DNA of 64,000 bases from the NCBI GenBank assembly GCA_002269645.1, contig NIVC01000001.1, positions 868,001 to 932,000 on the forward strand. The letters run 5' to 3'. Numbering within the stretch: the first letter of the stretch is position 1; the number at the start of each line of letters is the position of its first letter. Made by a program: the position numbers and the translations under genes. Shown here in pieces: positions 1 to 16,917 of this stretch. Below the pieces are notes generated by a model. It saw only the letters and a list, made by a program, of their open reading frames with translations, was not told where the DNA came from and did no database searches. This stretch comes from Macrostomum lignano (taxonomy: Eukaryota).

Positions 1-61
1 TCTTGAATCGATTTTTATTCATATTTGAACTCACAAACTCATTAACCAATGATCTCGTGGA

Positions 62-1228
62 CTCATAACCTCATAAACTCATGAACTCACAGACTCATGA
101 ACTCATGAACTCACAGACTCATGAACTCATGAACTCACAGACTCATAAACTCATGATCTCATAAACTCATGATCTCATAAACTCATGAACTCACAGACTC
201 ATGAACTCATGAACTCCTGAATTCATGAACTCATAAACTCATAGACTCAAACTCCTGAACTCATGAACTCATGAACTCCTGAACTCATGAACTCATGAAC
301 TCATGAACTCCTGAACTCATGAACTCCTGAACTCATGAACTCCTGAACTCATGAACTCCTGAACTCATGAACTCCTGAACTCATGAACTCATAAACTCAT
401 AGACTCAAACTCATGAACTCCTGAACTCCTTAACTCATGAACTCATGAACTCCTGAACTCATGAACTCATGAACTCCTGAACTCATGAACTCATGAACTC
501 CTGAACTCATGAACTCATGAACTCCTGAACTCATGAACTCCTGAACTCCTGAACTCATGAACTCCTGAACTCATGAACTCATAAACTCATAGACTCAAAC
601 TCATAAACTCCTGATCTCATGAACTCCTGAACTCATGAACTCCTGAACTCATGAACTCCTGAACTCATGAACTCGTGAACTCATAAACTCATAGACTCAA
701 ACTCCTGAACTCCTGAACTCATGAACTCCTGAACTCATAAACTCCTGAACTCATGAACTCCTGAACTCATGAACTCCTGAACTCATGATCTCATAAACTC
801 CTGATCTCATGATCTCATAAACTCCTGATCTCATGAACTCCTGAACTCATAAACTCCTGAAGTCATAAACTCCTGAACTCATGAACTCCTGAACTCATGA
901 ACTCCTGAACTCATGATCTCATAAATGCATAAATTCATGAACTCATGATCTCATAAATGCATAAATCCATGAACTCATGATCTCATAAATGCATAAATCC
1001 ATGAACTCATGAACTCATAGACTCAAACTCATGAACTCATGATCTCATAAATGCATAAATCCATGAACTCATGAACTCATAGACTCAAACTCATGAACTC
1101 ATGATCTCATAAATGCATAAATCCATGAACTCATGATCTCATAAATGCATAAATCCATGAACTCATGAACTCATAGACTCAAACTCATGAACTCATGATC
1201 TCATAAATGCATAAATCCATGAACTCAT
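62..1228. repeat. Minisatellite of 8-bp GAACTCAT/GAACTCCT units with longer variants at the 3' end
   Basis: Direct inspection; contains many TCATGA palindromes. Confidence 0.97.
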
Positions 1229-2544
1229 TCATTCTCTTGTCATGCAATGAACAGCTAGTTAAGCTAAGACAGCACGGTTCGTATTTGTGTTTTCAGTTCT
1301 CCACGGATAGATTATCAAATGTACTTTTATATCGGCCGGCTATATAAGGAAGACTCCAGTAATGCTCAAACAGCCAAGAAGCCGTGCGAAAGACAGCGCG
1401 ATTCCTGACGCCTTCTTGCAAGCATTGATTAAAAGGGGCTTATAAGGGCGAGCGGGGGGAGAGGGGGTTGAGAACACTGCTAATGCAGAACGAAATAAGC
1501 GAAACCCCCAGCGAGGGCAGAGAAAGATAGAGAGTGAGAGTGAGTGAGAGATGAAGCGCCATGCTCAATTACCAAAGCCAAGTCTCTTTTAGTAAATAAA
1601 TGAAGTAGCGGCCTCTGGGCCAGCAGCCGAGCCGAAGGCAGCGAGTGATGAAGAGTCGGAGTAGGGGATGCTGCTCAGAGGCGCACACGCCCCATCTCAG
1701 CTTCGAACGCCAGAATCTCTATTGTCCAGAGGTGGAAGCTCAACTTTTTGAGGGCCGTTTCAAGCCAAGCAGCTCGGGTCTCAAAATATGGACGATTATT
1801 TATTTAGCTTTTTTCTCTCTCACTGACTGGCACAGCAAGTCTGTGTTGGGTTTCCAAAGCAATCTCAAACTGTGCAGAGGCTGCTTGTTGTCGGCTTGAG
1901 ATGACTGAGATTTAGGTTGGTAATGGAAGAGAAGGTCAACAGTTAGACTCGATGCATTAGTATATGATGCATTAATATAACTGATGCAGATCTCTCCGAC
2001 TTAAATCCTCACCTTCGATGGGATTGAACGGGGGGGGACATCCAGGCCTCCCTACAGGGGATAGAGGTGGATTTACCTGTTAAAGTTCTCCACTTCTAAA
2101 GGAGATCCGCTGATCAAGTCCGGTAAGCCTTGGTAGTTTTACGGTTTTACAGTTAATTAAAAGTACACCAATGAAGTCGGTACAGGTAAAAGATTTTGCT
2201 GTTTACTAGATTATTTTTAAAAAACAAGAATGGGACAATGATAAGCGCGGTCAGGGCTGCTCAGTGGTAAGCAAAATTGAAATCAAATATTTTTCTACAA
2301 CTTCAGATAAAGGGTTTTCGCATTTGTTAAGAAGTGCAACATTTTTATTGCAATGCTGATTGGTAGATAAAAACCAAAATGCTTCAGTATAGTTCGGGTT
2401 TTCATGTGTTGCCTTCTTTGCTGATTGGTTGATATTAAAATAATGAAATTTAGCCAGACTGCTCGGGGCTTCAGTTAAAGGGTTAGGGGAATGGTTTGTG
2501 GTTAGAGTTGAAAGGTAGGGTTAGGTTGAAGGGAATGGTTGGGA

Positions 2545-2846
2545 TTGGGTTTGGGTTGAAGGGTTTTGGTTGAAGGGTTTGGTTTAAAGGGTTTGGGTTG
2601 AAGGGTTTGGGTTGAAGGGTTTGGGTTGAAGGGTTTGGGTTGAAGGGTTTGGGTTCAAGGGTTTGGGTTCAAGGGTTTGGGTTGAAGGGTTTGGGTTCAA
2701 GGGTTTGGGTTGAAGGGTTTGGGTTGAAGGGTTTGGGTTGAAGGGTTTGGGTTGAAGGGTTTGGGTTCAAGGGTTTGGGTTCAAGGGTTTGGGTTCAAGG
2801 GTTTGGGTTCAAGGGTTTGGGTTCAAGGGTTTGGGTTCAAGGGTTT
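2545..2846 (+). repeat. G-rich 14-bp tandem repeat GGGTTTGGGTT(G/C)AA
   Basis: About 20 near-identical units; not canonical TTAGGG. Confidence 0.95.
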
Positions 2847-3400
2847 GCGTAAGGTTTTTGTTTCTATCATTGGAATATCCTCTTGTAGGAAACTAGAAGT
2901 TGAGCTGCCCGAATGCATCTACAAGAATATATTGTCATATTCTTGTATTCAGCATTGTTGAAAACTTTATAGATTAACTACAAGCAGCTTAGTAGTTAAA
3001 GAAAGTTTCTTAGAATCTTTTAGAAAAATATCTCCAGGTCCCCGTCTCAGCACGCAAACGCATTTGCTGGGGATTTCCGGGCATTGGGAAGAGGATTCAA
3101 TCGGGGATTCAGTGGAGTTCACGCGCACACAAAGCACGGCATAAATTGTAATCACCCTAGAAAAGCAGAAGATTTATCCAATGAAAAAAACGAAGCCGGA
3201 ACCACATTCTGTCATGAGCAGAAAATAACGGACCGCAAAAGGCGATGCAAGAAAATCAGTTATTTTTTGTAGGACGAGAAATTCTACGTGATAATAAAAT
3301 CGACACATTCCCCAAGTGCCAATGAGAATTGCAGAAACAAACTCATATAGAGGCAGCACTATCTTGAAGTTTTATCCGACATATTGAATCTTCATTGGGG

Positions 3401-3700
3401 GTCCAGCGCGGCACTCTGGTGCGCCAGCGGCCCAGGCTCGATTCCAAGTGCAGTCACATTAATTTGGGGCTGAATTGGAATCTCGGCTTGGCTCTGCTCG
3501 TGCAATTAACGGCCTTGAAGGCCAACCCCCCAAGGCACAGTGAAGTGTACATGCCTGTGTGAGTGTGCCTGTGCGTGTGACTGCGTACGTATCCGCGCGC
3601 TTGTGTGCCTGCTCAGGGGAGTCGGCGGAATGGGCAGCAATGCCTCTCGCCGGTTGTGTGACAATGTCGCTTAAAGTGCGCCAGGGTGCTCACAGCCAGA
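3401..3700 (+). mobile_element. tRNA-derived SINE family A, near full-length copy
   Basis: Shares sequence with 4283-4506, 11516-11772, 39405-39605 and 60991-61297. B-box-like GGCTCGATTCCA is here; the A-box TAGCCGAGTGG is visible in the 61 kb copy. Confidence 0.8.
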
Positions 3701-4282
3701 CCACAGCTGTTTCTAAAAAAATGTTTTATTTGTTTAAATTTTATAACCGTTGGAATTTTTAATATCGCAATTGACGTCACAAATCTGAGTAGCCAAGTTG
3801 AGAGACAAATGGACATGTCGCCAGAGCAGACAGAACTGCTCAATTATCTTTTTACAAGCTATTTTTAACTCGAAGTTTAATCGACAAGCGCGCAATGAGG
3901 GCGGCACAAGATTGAGAAAGTGATTGAGAGGTTGAGTGAGACGAAAGCCTTCGTGGCGACTCAAGTTTACCTGAGGCCTGGGGCATATCATATTTTTCGG
4001 TTTTTTCCCAGACCGTCAACCCGGCAAGCTAAAAGAGAGATAAAATGATAAAGCCACTGAAAACTGACTGACACAAGGCACGGGAGTAAATTTCGATTTC
4101 TTAGAAAAAATTGAGGAATATAAAAATAGAATTTGGTATTAGGCTGTGTGTATTTTGCTTAGCGTGTACAATCATTGTGGTTTTATATAGAAAGCTACTT
4201 ATAGTAACATAAAGCAGTTAGCGATCGTGAAATATCAATGTTTTAAAACAGCAAAACAATGTTGACAACTGCAAAAGGGGGC

Positions 4283-4506
4283 TGCCCATTCCGCCGACTC
4301 CCCTGAGCAGGCACACAAGCTCGCGGATGCGTACGCAGTCATACGCACAGGCACACACTCACACAGGCATGTACACTTCCCTGTGCCTTGGGGGTTGGCT
4401 CTCAAGGCCGTTAATTGCACGAGCAGAGCCAAGCCGAGATTCCAATTCAGCCCCAAATTAATGTGACTGCACTTGGAATCGAGCCTGGGCCGCTGGCGCA
4501 TCAGAG
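4283..4506 (-). mobile_element. SINE family A copy, inverted relative to 3401-3700
   Basis: Near-exact reverse complement of about 3415-3640. Confidence 0.85.
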
Positions 4507-4706
4507 CGTCAATAAATAAAGTTAATCTGTTCAGTGCATTCAACCGTGTCCCATCGGCCGAAATGGCAGCAGAAAATCTCTTTTTTGTAAGCAAAAGTCG
4601 CATAGAAATTCAAAGAGACGGTGCACAGTCGATCACGGATCAAAATTTATCAAAGTCTCAGCAGCTGGCGAACCAGTAAGTTTGAGATTTTCACCTTTCT
4701 TAGCCT

Positions 4707-9137
<4,431 letters not shown>

Positions 9138-11515
9138 CTGGATTTATTCAATTAGATGAAAACATACCTGTATGTTCTCGCAGCCATGGACACAATATAG
9201 AGAAGTCTTCAAAATTAATCACTTCTTACCAGTGTAGCCAGGTTTTCCCACTTCAGTTGTTACATGTAACATTTTTATGCCTGCAATTTCACGATTATTT
9301 AATAAGTTCTGGAAGCATAGAATCATAGATCATTTTAAAACGAGTGAAAATGTTTAAAAATATACATTTTTATGTATCTAAAATAGCGACGAAGCCTTGC
9401 AAACTAGCTCTTCATAACTGACTCATTTAATTAACTAAAAAAACAAATAGTTAATACGCTCGTATAGTTGCTGTACAAACCCAGCCCAGATTTCCCAAAC
9501 TCAATTAAACTTTAACCGGGTAATTTACCCTATTAAGTTTAATTTACCCTATCAAATAGTTTACTAATTTTATTCAGCTATATAGTTTTCTGGATTGCTC
9601 CAGGTAGTTTAATGATATCTAGGTAAAAAAGTGGGGTTAACACAAAAACAACTAGGTTAAGCATTGGGTAAGTCAGGAAAAATAACTGGATATCATAAAT
9701 TAAAAGTACTTAAATGCAAAGAGATACCTAGTTAACCGAATTAACACCACTAGTAGGGACTTTATGTAGGGAAACCTTCAGAAATAAAATAAGCCTCAGA
9801 GACAAAAATCAGCAAAGATCTCAATTCAAAGGTTTCAGTGTTGTATCTCTACGGCTTGAATAAACTGACTCTTAAATTATACTAGGTCGAAAGTCCTCCT
9901 ACTAGGTCCTTTCATTTCACCTTTTCAACGCTTAGAAGTAGAACAAGAACAAGTGTGTCTAACATATATAAGTACGTTGCTTTTGTTAGATAAGAAATAA
10001 AGCACACAAAGCTACTTATTGAAAAAGCATTAAGACGCCAAATTCATGATAACAATAGAGCTATAGAAAGTATTTTTAAAAATAAAACTTGCAAAAAACA
10101 TACCTTTTAAAGTTTTTTTACTTTAACACTTATTAAGCTAAAAACAAAACATAAGATTTGTTAAAACAACACAAATATTTAAATCTTCCTGCTGCAGCGT
10201 TGAATAAATTATATTAAGTCATTAAGTAAAGACTGAAGTCAGACTGAAGTAAAGAGTTCAGTTCAGATAGGTAAATCATAATACTTCTTCAGCATTATGC
10301 GTGCATGCGAGGCAAGGCATACCCTACATAGGATGCCTAATTAGCAAAAATTGAATGGCCAAAATGCCTAGAGTGATAATATTCTCGTTTCTATTTTATA
10401 TTGATGTTGTTAATTCTGACAGGATTAAAGCCTTTTATTAGGCCTACTAAGGCCTAAATGCAAATGCATGCCACAAAAAGAGAATAAGTGACCTAGATTG
10501 CCCTAGGCCTAGAATAGAATAAAATAATAATAGGTATATCTAGTAATCTACTAGGCCTATACTACGTCTAGAGGCATAATTATAATTGACAATTGAGTAA
10601 ACAATGATAAATGATTATATAGAATGAAGTATAAATAAAACTTTTAGCAAAGAAGTAAGTAATTAGGCCCTAGTCATTAAAAAGTTCTTCAACAAATGTT
10701 TGTATTTGTACTCTAGACATTTTTGTTTTATTTATTAATTTAAAAAAATTTCTATATCCAAAATATAGAAAAATACTTAGCAATCTAACAATCTTTTAGT
10801 TCTGTATGTTTAATTATTTTTTTGAAAAATAATTATTTTCTTAGTTACCTTAGTTATTTTCTTAGTTATTTTTGACAATCAGAAGAAATTAGATTGAAAA
10901 GTTTATATATAAGGTAGGCCTAATAAGCCTAGGCCTAGTTGCATAAATTTGCTATAAAAATTGCAATTAAGATTTTAATAAGAACTTTTTTATTTGAAAA
11001 TTAAACATTTCAGAAAAGCAGGGCTTAAACCAATGTACCAAAAATAATAAAGGAAGAGGAATGCAAATTTTCTTATGTATACTATTGCCAAAAATTTTCA
11101 GTGCAGTGAAAATGAAAAATAAAAAAATTTCTTTTTTGGGACATGTCAGATAATAATCATTTAATAACTTTGCTATTTTTAGACAGACCTATAAGCTATC
11201 CTAAATAATAAGTATATAATATATACTTAACAAATTAACTTATCTTTGTTAAAAAGTTTTTTATTGATCAAAAAACTGCTTAGACAAAAAATAATGGCAA
11301 AAAAATATCTAAGCTAGGCCTATAAGCTAGATATAGCAATATCTTTTAGTCTAGCTATTGCAACTGCTAAACTGCCATATTTAAATTTATAAAGCAAAAT
11401 AGTAAATTGTAAGTTTTTTTAGGATTTAGCTCATATCAATTAAATTGCTTGAATGTACTTTATGTACAGATTCTTGACCCTATTTTTATTTTTTTATTAG
11501 AGCAGGGGGGTTGTA

Positions 11516-11772
11516 TGCACCTTGGTGCACTTTAAGCAACATAGGCACAACCGGCGAGAGACATTACTGCCCATTCTACCGACTCCCTAGAGCAGGCATA
11601 TAAGCATGCGGACATGTATGCAGGCACATACTCATACAGGCATGTATAGTTACAGTGGCCCTAACTTTATATTATTGTTAAGCATGTACACTTCACTACG
11701 CCTTGGGGGGTTGGCTTTCAAAGCCATTAATTGCATAGACAGAGCCAAGCCGAGATTCCAATTTAGCCCCAA
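11516..11772 (-). mobile_element. SINE family A copy, 5'-truncated and diverged
   Basis: Similar to the reverse complement of 3465-3690. Confidence 0.8.
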
Positions 11773-12404
11773 ACAGTGTTGCCACCACTGCAATTTTTTA
11801 TTGCTCAGTGATTTTCAGTCACTCAGTGATAATTTTGTCTATTTTGCTCATCTCTTGTGATTTTTTGTGGACACCAGTCCTTTCAACTTTTTTCAAGTAT
11901 TGTGTTTCATTTTGTGCTCAATTTAAATGTTATGAATGTTATCAATATAGTGTGAGGCTGTGCAAGCCTCCAGTTTTGAAGCTTGGCAAAAGGAGATTGA
12001 GCATGCTGCGGTTGAGCGAGCACTGATGGAAGCTGCTGACAAAACGGCTTGGTAAAAGAGACAGCCAGAGTTGTGCGCTCAATCTGTCCTGCCAAAGGTT
12101 CCAAAGAAAAAATGAACATCCACTGAAGAGCCTGCAGTTTTGCCTGACTAACGTTTGACTAGCCAAACAAAGATTCACATAAAAGTATTTCTTCCCCTAC
12201 AGTAACCAACATTGATCAACAATTAAAATATTAAAAGAATTCATTTCAGCTATATAGAATTGAGAACAGATTCAGAAAACTGGAATATAGCACAAAATTT
12301 AGTTGTAAAATTGTTATTACTCATCAGTGGTTGTAGGTAGCGTCTTGTGTTTTAGTTGGTTGCTCAAGTCAGTTCTATAATGAATATCAGTAATTTATAT
12401 TATA

Positions 12405-13029
12405 CACTCAGCAACAGTCAAAACTGCCACCCTACCGAGAGAGGCGACTTCTCTCTCACCTCAACTGCAAGTGACGTAACTTGCGCCATGGCATGGCTAA
12501 AGCTGAGTGTGAGTGAATGTAGGAGAGAGCAATCAGGGGATGCAGGGGATGCCCCATCTGCTTTTTTCACCCCACATTAGATGGAGCAGGGTGGCTGGCA
12601 CAGTCAGAGTTCACCTAACAATCTGCAGCAGACGTCAATTTGCCCTGGCTGTTGAGCCGCAAAGATCATGGCGCTGGCTGCCTGTGGCTGCGTGCTGAAC
12701 ACTACCAGTATCTTGGGACTTTGTTAACAGCGCTCGAATTGTTGAACGTGATTGGCCAAATTGGCGAGCAACTGCGCTGATGGATGCACCAGCTTCTAGC
12801 ATGCCAACAGCGCACCATCGTTCAGCGTCTATCATATGCCTGACCATTGTCACGTGTACTGTTGCACCCCCAACCCCAACCCCAGTCCCTTTTGTACTCT
12901 CACCCTGGAATTCACTCTCACCCAGCTTTAGCCACACTGTGGTGCAAGTTATGTCACTTGCAGTTGAGGTGAGAGAAGAGTCCTCTCTCGGTAAGGTGGC
13001 AGTTTTGACTGTTGCTGAGTTGCTGAGTG
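12405..13029 (-). mobile_element. Tc1-like non-autonomous DNA transposon (internal deletion)
   Basis: Imperfect TIRs of about 130 bp (CACTCAGCAACAGTCAAAACTGCCACC...), flanking TA dinucleotides, and a transposase N-terminal HTH remnant MVRHMIDAERWCAVGMLEAGASISAVARQFGQSRSTI on the minus strand. Confidence 0.9.
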
Positions 13030-14362
13030 TAAAGGATGCCTGTCTTCCCTTAAGAAAATGCTTGTGTTGTATGACTACTTCACTGATTCAGCGTAAATGA
13101 GAGTTGCATGCAGTTATTGCAAATTGTAGTAGTTTTTTTAGTCAAATAGAAGATGGAATTAGAAATGGAAAGCTAAAAAAGAAAGTTGTTTTTGCATACT
13201 GGCACCTTTTTCTCTATGACCATACATGCGCAACCTCCAAAATTCGGTCGGCCATGCGACTTAGTTTTAACAAAATGCGACGTAGTTTTCAGCCAAAAAT
13301 GCGACTTACATGTAAAAAAAACCCTAAAGCAAAATTAATGCAACTTTAAGTAAACGGCAGGAGCAACTATGACTGTCTTATTAACCCAAAATGCCTCGTC
13401 AGCTACTTAGTACTACTACTTCCGTATTTTTTTGTCTGGGCATTTTTGCAACTTCCTTGGTTGGCTGCCATTGGTTGGTTGGCTGTAATAGTTATTCTTG
13501 CTATTTACCTTAAAGTTGTGTTAATTTTTTGCTTAAGTTTCTTTTATAAAATAGGCTACATTTTGGTGAAAGAACTTGCATGGCTTATAAATCAAGAAGT
13601 ATGCATATATGCTTATCATTTAAAAAAATAAGGTCTATTAATAAACTTTCATGATAATATAGTCATAGATATTGAGATAAAATTTATTATCAACAAAGAA
13701 TACCTAAATGGAGTTTAGGTATGGTCATCATTTAAGTATGATGAAAAAATTACAAATATTTGTTATATTTCTAATAAATCAATAGTATATTTTTGGTTTT
13801 AACTTATATTTTAGTAGTTATTAGCATTGTAACTAAAGTTTTTGCTTTGCTTTGTAAGTCTTGAAAAGTTTTAATGTCTTGTGAGACTACTAAAATTGTA
13901 TTTTTAAATAGAGATAATAAATCTAGTCAAGATAGTTTATTTAATGTTTTTTTTTGTAAAACTTCTAGTTTTATATATTATTCTATTCAACATCTCTAGA
14001 AAATAATTAAGTTTAAGTAATTCGATTTTACACATTTTTAGTATATTAGATTTCATCTTATCATAGGTTATGAAGTAAGATATTGGATATTTACATTTTT
14101 ATAGTTACATAAATTGATTAAGATGTTATTGTTACTTGTATTTAGAATTACACAACATTCAATTACAGCTAACAGTCCAGGTATATACAGAGTATTTTAA
14201 AGCATGTTTAATTTACTACTGTAAGTAGATGCACTACTCTATGCCAATAATTGTACTTAAAATGGTACTTTGAGTAGGAACATGAAAATCAAGACAGCAT
14301 TGCTTTCGATCAAGTAATAATGGTCTGCTGTAGGTAGTGTAGGCATTCCCTATAAAAATCTG

Positions 14363-16261
14363 TCAAATTACACAATAAGACATTGGTAATGATTTGCCAA
14401 TGGTTACTTTATTGTTTTTTAGTTCTTTATAGCTAGTGTGCATAAACCAGTGCACAGTGTAGGCCTCAGTTGGTATTGACTTGGTAGTGAAATTTCGTTT
14501 TGCCAACTGCCTACATAAGCGCCGTTTGATTGACGACCTGTTTTCAGGCTTCTCACAGGAAAAACGACTCTTTCTGGGCAAATACTTGGTGTCCCAGATT
14601 GGCTGGAACATGTCAGGCTCTGCCAATAGCAGCGAATTGTCTAATAATTCATCTTGCTTATTGCCCATCTTGGCAATGTACTCATCATAGAAATCATTGA
14701 GCATCATTGGTCCAGTTGTGAACACAGCTTCCATTGAGGTCCGCTTCCTATAGGCCCAGTTCCATTGAAACCAGGCTGGCCAGCGCTGCAGCACGTAGGT
14801 TAAAAATGCCTGACCTGGGCGGCTCATAATCAGTGCATTTGATATTAGCCGCGGCTTATTGTAGAGAAACAGAGCGTGCTCAACTGGCTCTTGGGACCAC
14901 ACGGCCGAGTAGTTGGTTAGCAGTGGCCTCAGATCGCGTCTCAGCTCAACATCGATGTCGGCGTACACCCCACCCACATGGTGCATCACAACTAGCCGGC
15001 CAATGTCGGAGCGCTTCAGTCCATTGGTTAGCTGTCTGTAGATTCGGTACAGTGTAGGATAGTATGTGCCTGAAATTTGTATTGGTATGCAGAGCCACAC
15101 AGAAATTTATATTTGTTTGCAAACTTAACAATGCAGAAAAGAAATGGCTTCAACTACATAATTCGTGGCTTTTGCACTTCTTTTTAAACTGTGCAGTATT
15201 GCGCAGTCAGTCTGGCTTTTTGAACTGTGAAATGCATCTTAAATGCCCGTTAAAAATAGCTAGAGTCATTGCAAACGCCTCACTAGTGACTCTAGCGCCT
15301 CTGGACCGACTCTTGTGACTCAGGCGACTCAGGCAACTGTAATGCGACAGAAAGACAACTGTTGAGTCACGAGCACATCACATGAAGTGTAAAAGAGTTG
15401 CGAAAAAGTCGCCCAAAAGTCGATGTGTTAGTGCTAAACTTTCTACTAACTAAAGTAGTATGAAAAGAGCTGTTAAAAACGCTGAATGCGATTATGATTC
15501 ATTAAGTGGCACAGATGCGCTATAGATGCAAATCGGCGAGTCTACAGCTAATTTAGCGCGCCTCAGATATGATTCCACGGTCTCAGAGTCATTATAAAAG
15601 CCTCAAGTTGACTCTTATGCGACTCTTTAACGACTGGTACCGTGACATTTCGTCGCTTTTAGAGTCGTTTCGAGTCACTTCTTTCCTATTTTACTTGTGT
15701 TACCTGCAACAACTTTTGGGGTGACACAAATGACCAACTTGGCCTAGATATCTTTTTCATTGGAATTAGCAATTTTAAATACTTACCAATCAACGTGTCC
15801 AACTGTTGGTCAGTCCAGTGCATGAATCGAAATCGTCTGGCACGTGTGTCTTTACTATTATTAAGCAGCCGGATCCAGGATTTTAAATATTGCACGTGCT
15901 TCTTCAAAGCGTTGCCTCGCTTGCTAGTAAAGTGCACAATTGGCGGTATTTCATCCAGGTAGACTTGACCAATGCGCCAGCATTGAATAGTGCCGTTCGC
16001 TAAGGCAGTTCGCAGTTTCGTAGCTTTATTAGCCTCCTGATAATCGCTCCATTCGGTTGTATTGGCTAACTTTGCTTCGTATTCCTCGGCGTTGAATAGG
16101 CCAGCCACTTCGGGCACGTCAACTAACGGCTGGCGTAGCCTGGACTCGCTGCTTCGGATTTGAGTCACAAACATTAGCAGAGTTACCGCCGCCGCTAGCA
16201 GGCATAAAGTGTAGGTTAGACCGCGAAGCGTGCACTTTCTGGTGCTTGTGTTCAGCATCAT
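14363..16261 (-). CDS. Glycosyltransferase family 32 (DXD sugar-binding) type II membrane protein; exons 15787-16261 and 14363-15069
   Basis: N-terminal TM helix, IPPIVHF..SW..FMHWTD motif, RSDIGRLVVMHHVGGVYADIDVE (DXD) and TTGP motif; phase-1 GT-AG intron. Confidence 0.9.
15270..15680. repeat. GACTC/GAGTC-rich dispersed repeat (family B) in the GT32 intron
   Basis: CCTCAAGTTGACTCTTATGCGACTCTTT...TTTTAGAGTCGT is shared with 17525-17720. Confidence 0.6.
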
Positions 16262-16917
16262 AGCGGCGATGTACGCGCGACTAGAAGATCTGCTATTTAA
16301 ATTCAAACGCTAACATCCGTTATTTCTCTTTGAAACGAAAATATGCTTATTTTGCCATTGACAAGTGATTTTCGGTTAGGATTGTCAGGATTTAGGAAGA
16401 ACGAGTTTTTTGTATTGCCGCTTGGCTGGAGTTGGGTTCGCTGCGGAAGGTCTGGCTTCCTTAATGTCTCCCGGGTTGGAAGGCTGTGGCTGGGAAAATT
16501 TTCCTATCCTCCTCGTCTGAGTTCAGTTCTCTAGCCTGGCTTCAGCTAACATTGAGCTGACTCTCACCCAGCCAGTATAAAAATTGAGAATGCATATTGG
16601 ACTCAGAAATATCGATATGACTAGCGGTCAGCGAACCCTATGCAGTAAACTGGTGCACAGTGCTAAGAATTTCACGCCATGTGTAGATTCCTGGCTATCA
16701 TTGGCTGTGTTGAAAGTATTTAATAAAATTCTTGCAGACTTTTGTTTTACCGAATAAAAAATTGTTACTTCTGTCTTAGTGTGGTCTTGACTCAATTTTC
16801 TATTACTAACATGTGGGGGGGGGGTGAGTTTCGATAGTGCCTTAAAAATTGCCTTGACTATTCATTAGCGTACACTGTGTACTTTTTATTCCAATCTATT
16901 ATCTGCCGCTCACTTTC

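Noticed and set aside
1341-1899. TATA-like CTATATAAGG, GA-rich tract and an 84-aa ORF as a gene
   Set aside because: No recognisable product and no consistent exon chain could be built.
1985-2130. Cluster of splice-like sites suggesting micro-exons
   Set aside because: It would need 25-32 nt introns and gives no meaningful peptide.
11951-12055. Plus-strand exon-like stretch EAVQASSFEAWQKEIEHAAVERALMEAADKTAW*
   Set aside because: It is isolated, with no connecting exons or homology, and lies among repeat debris.
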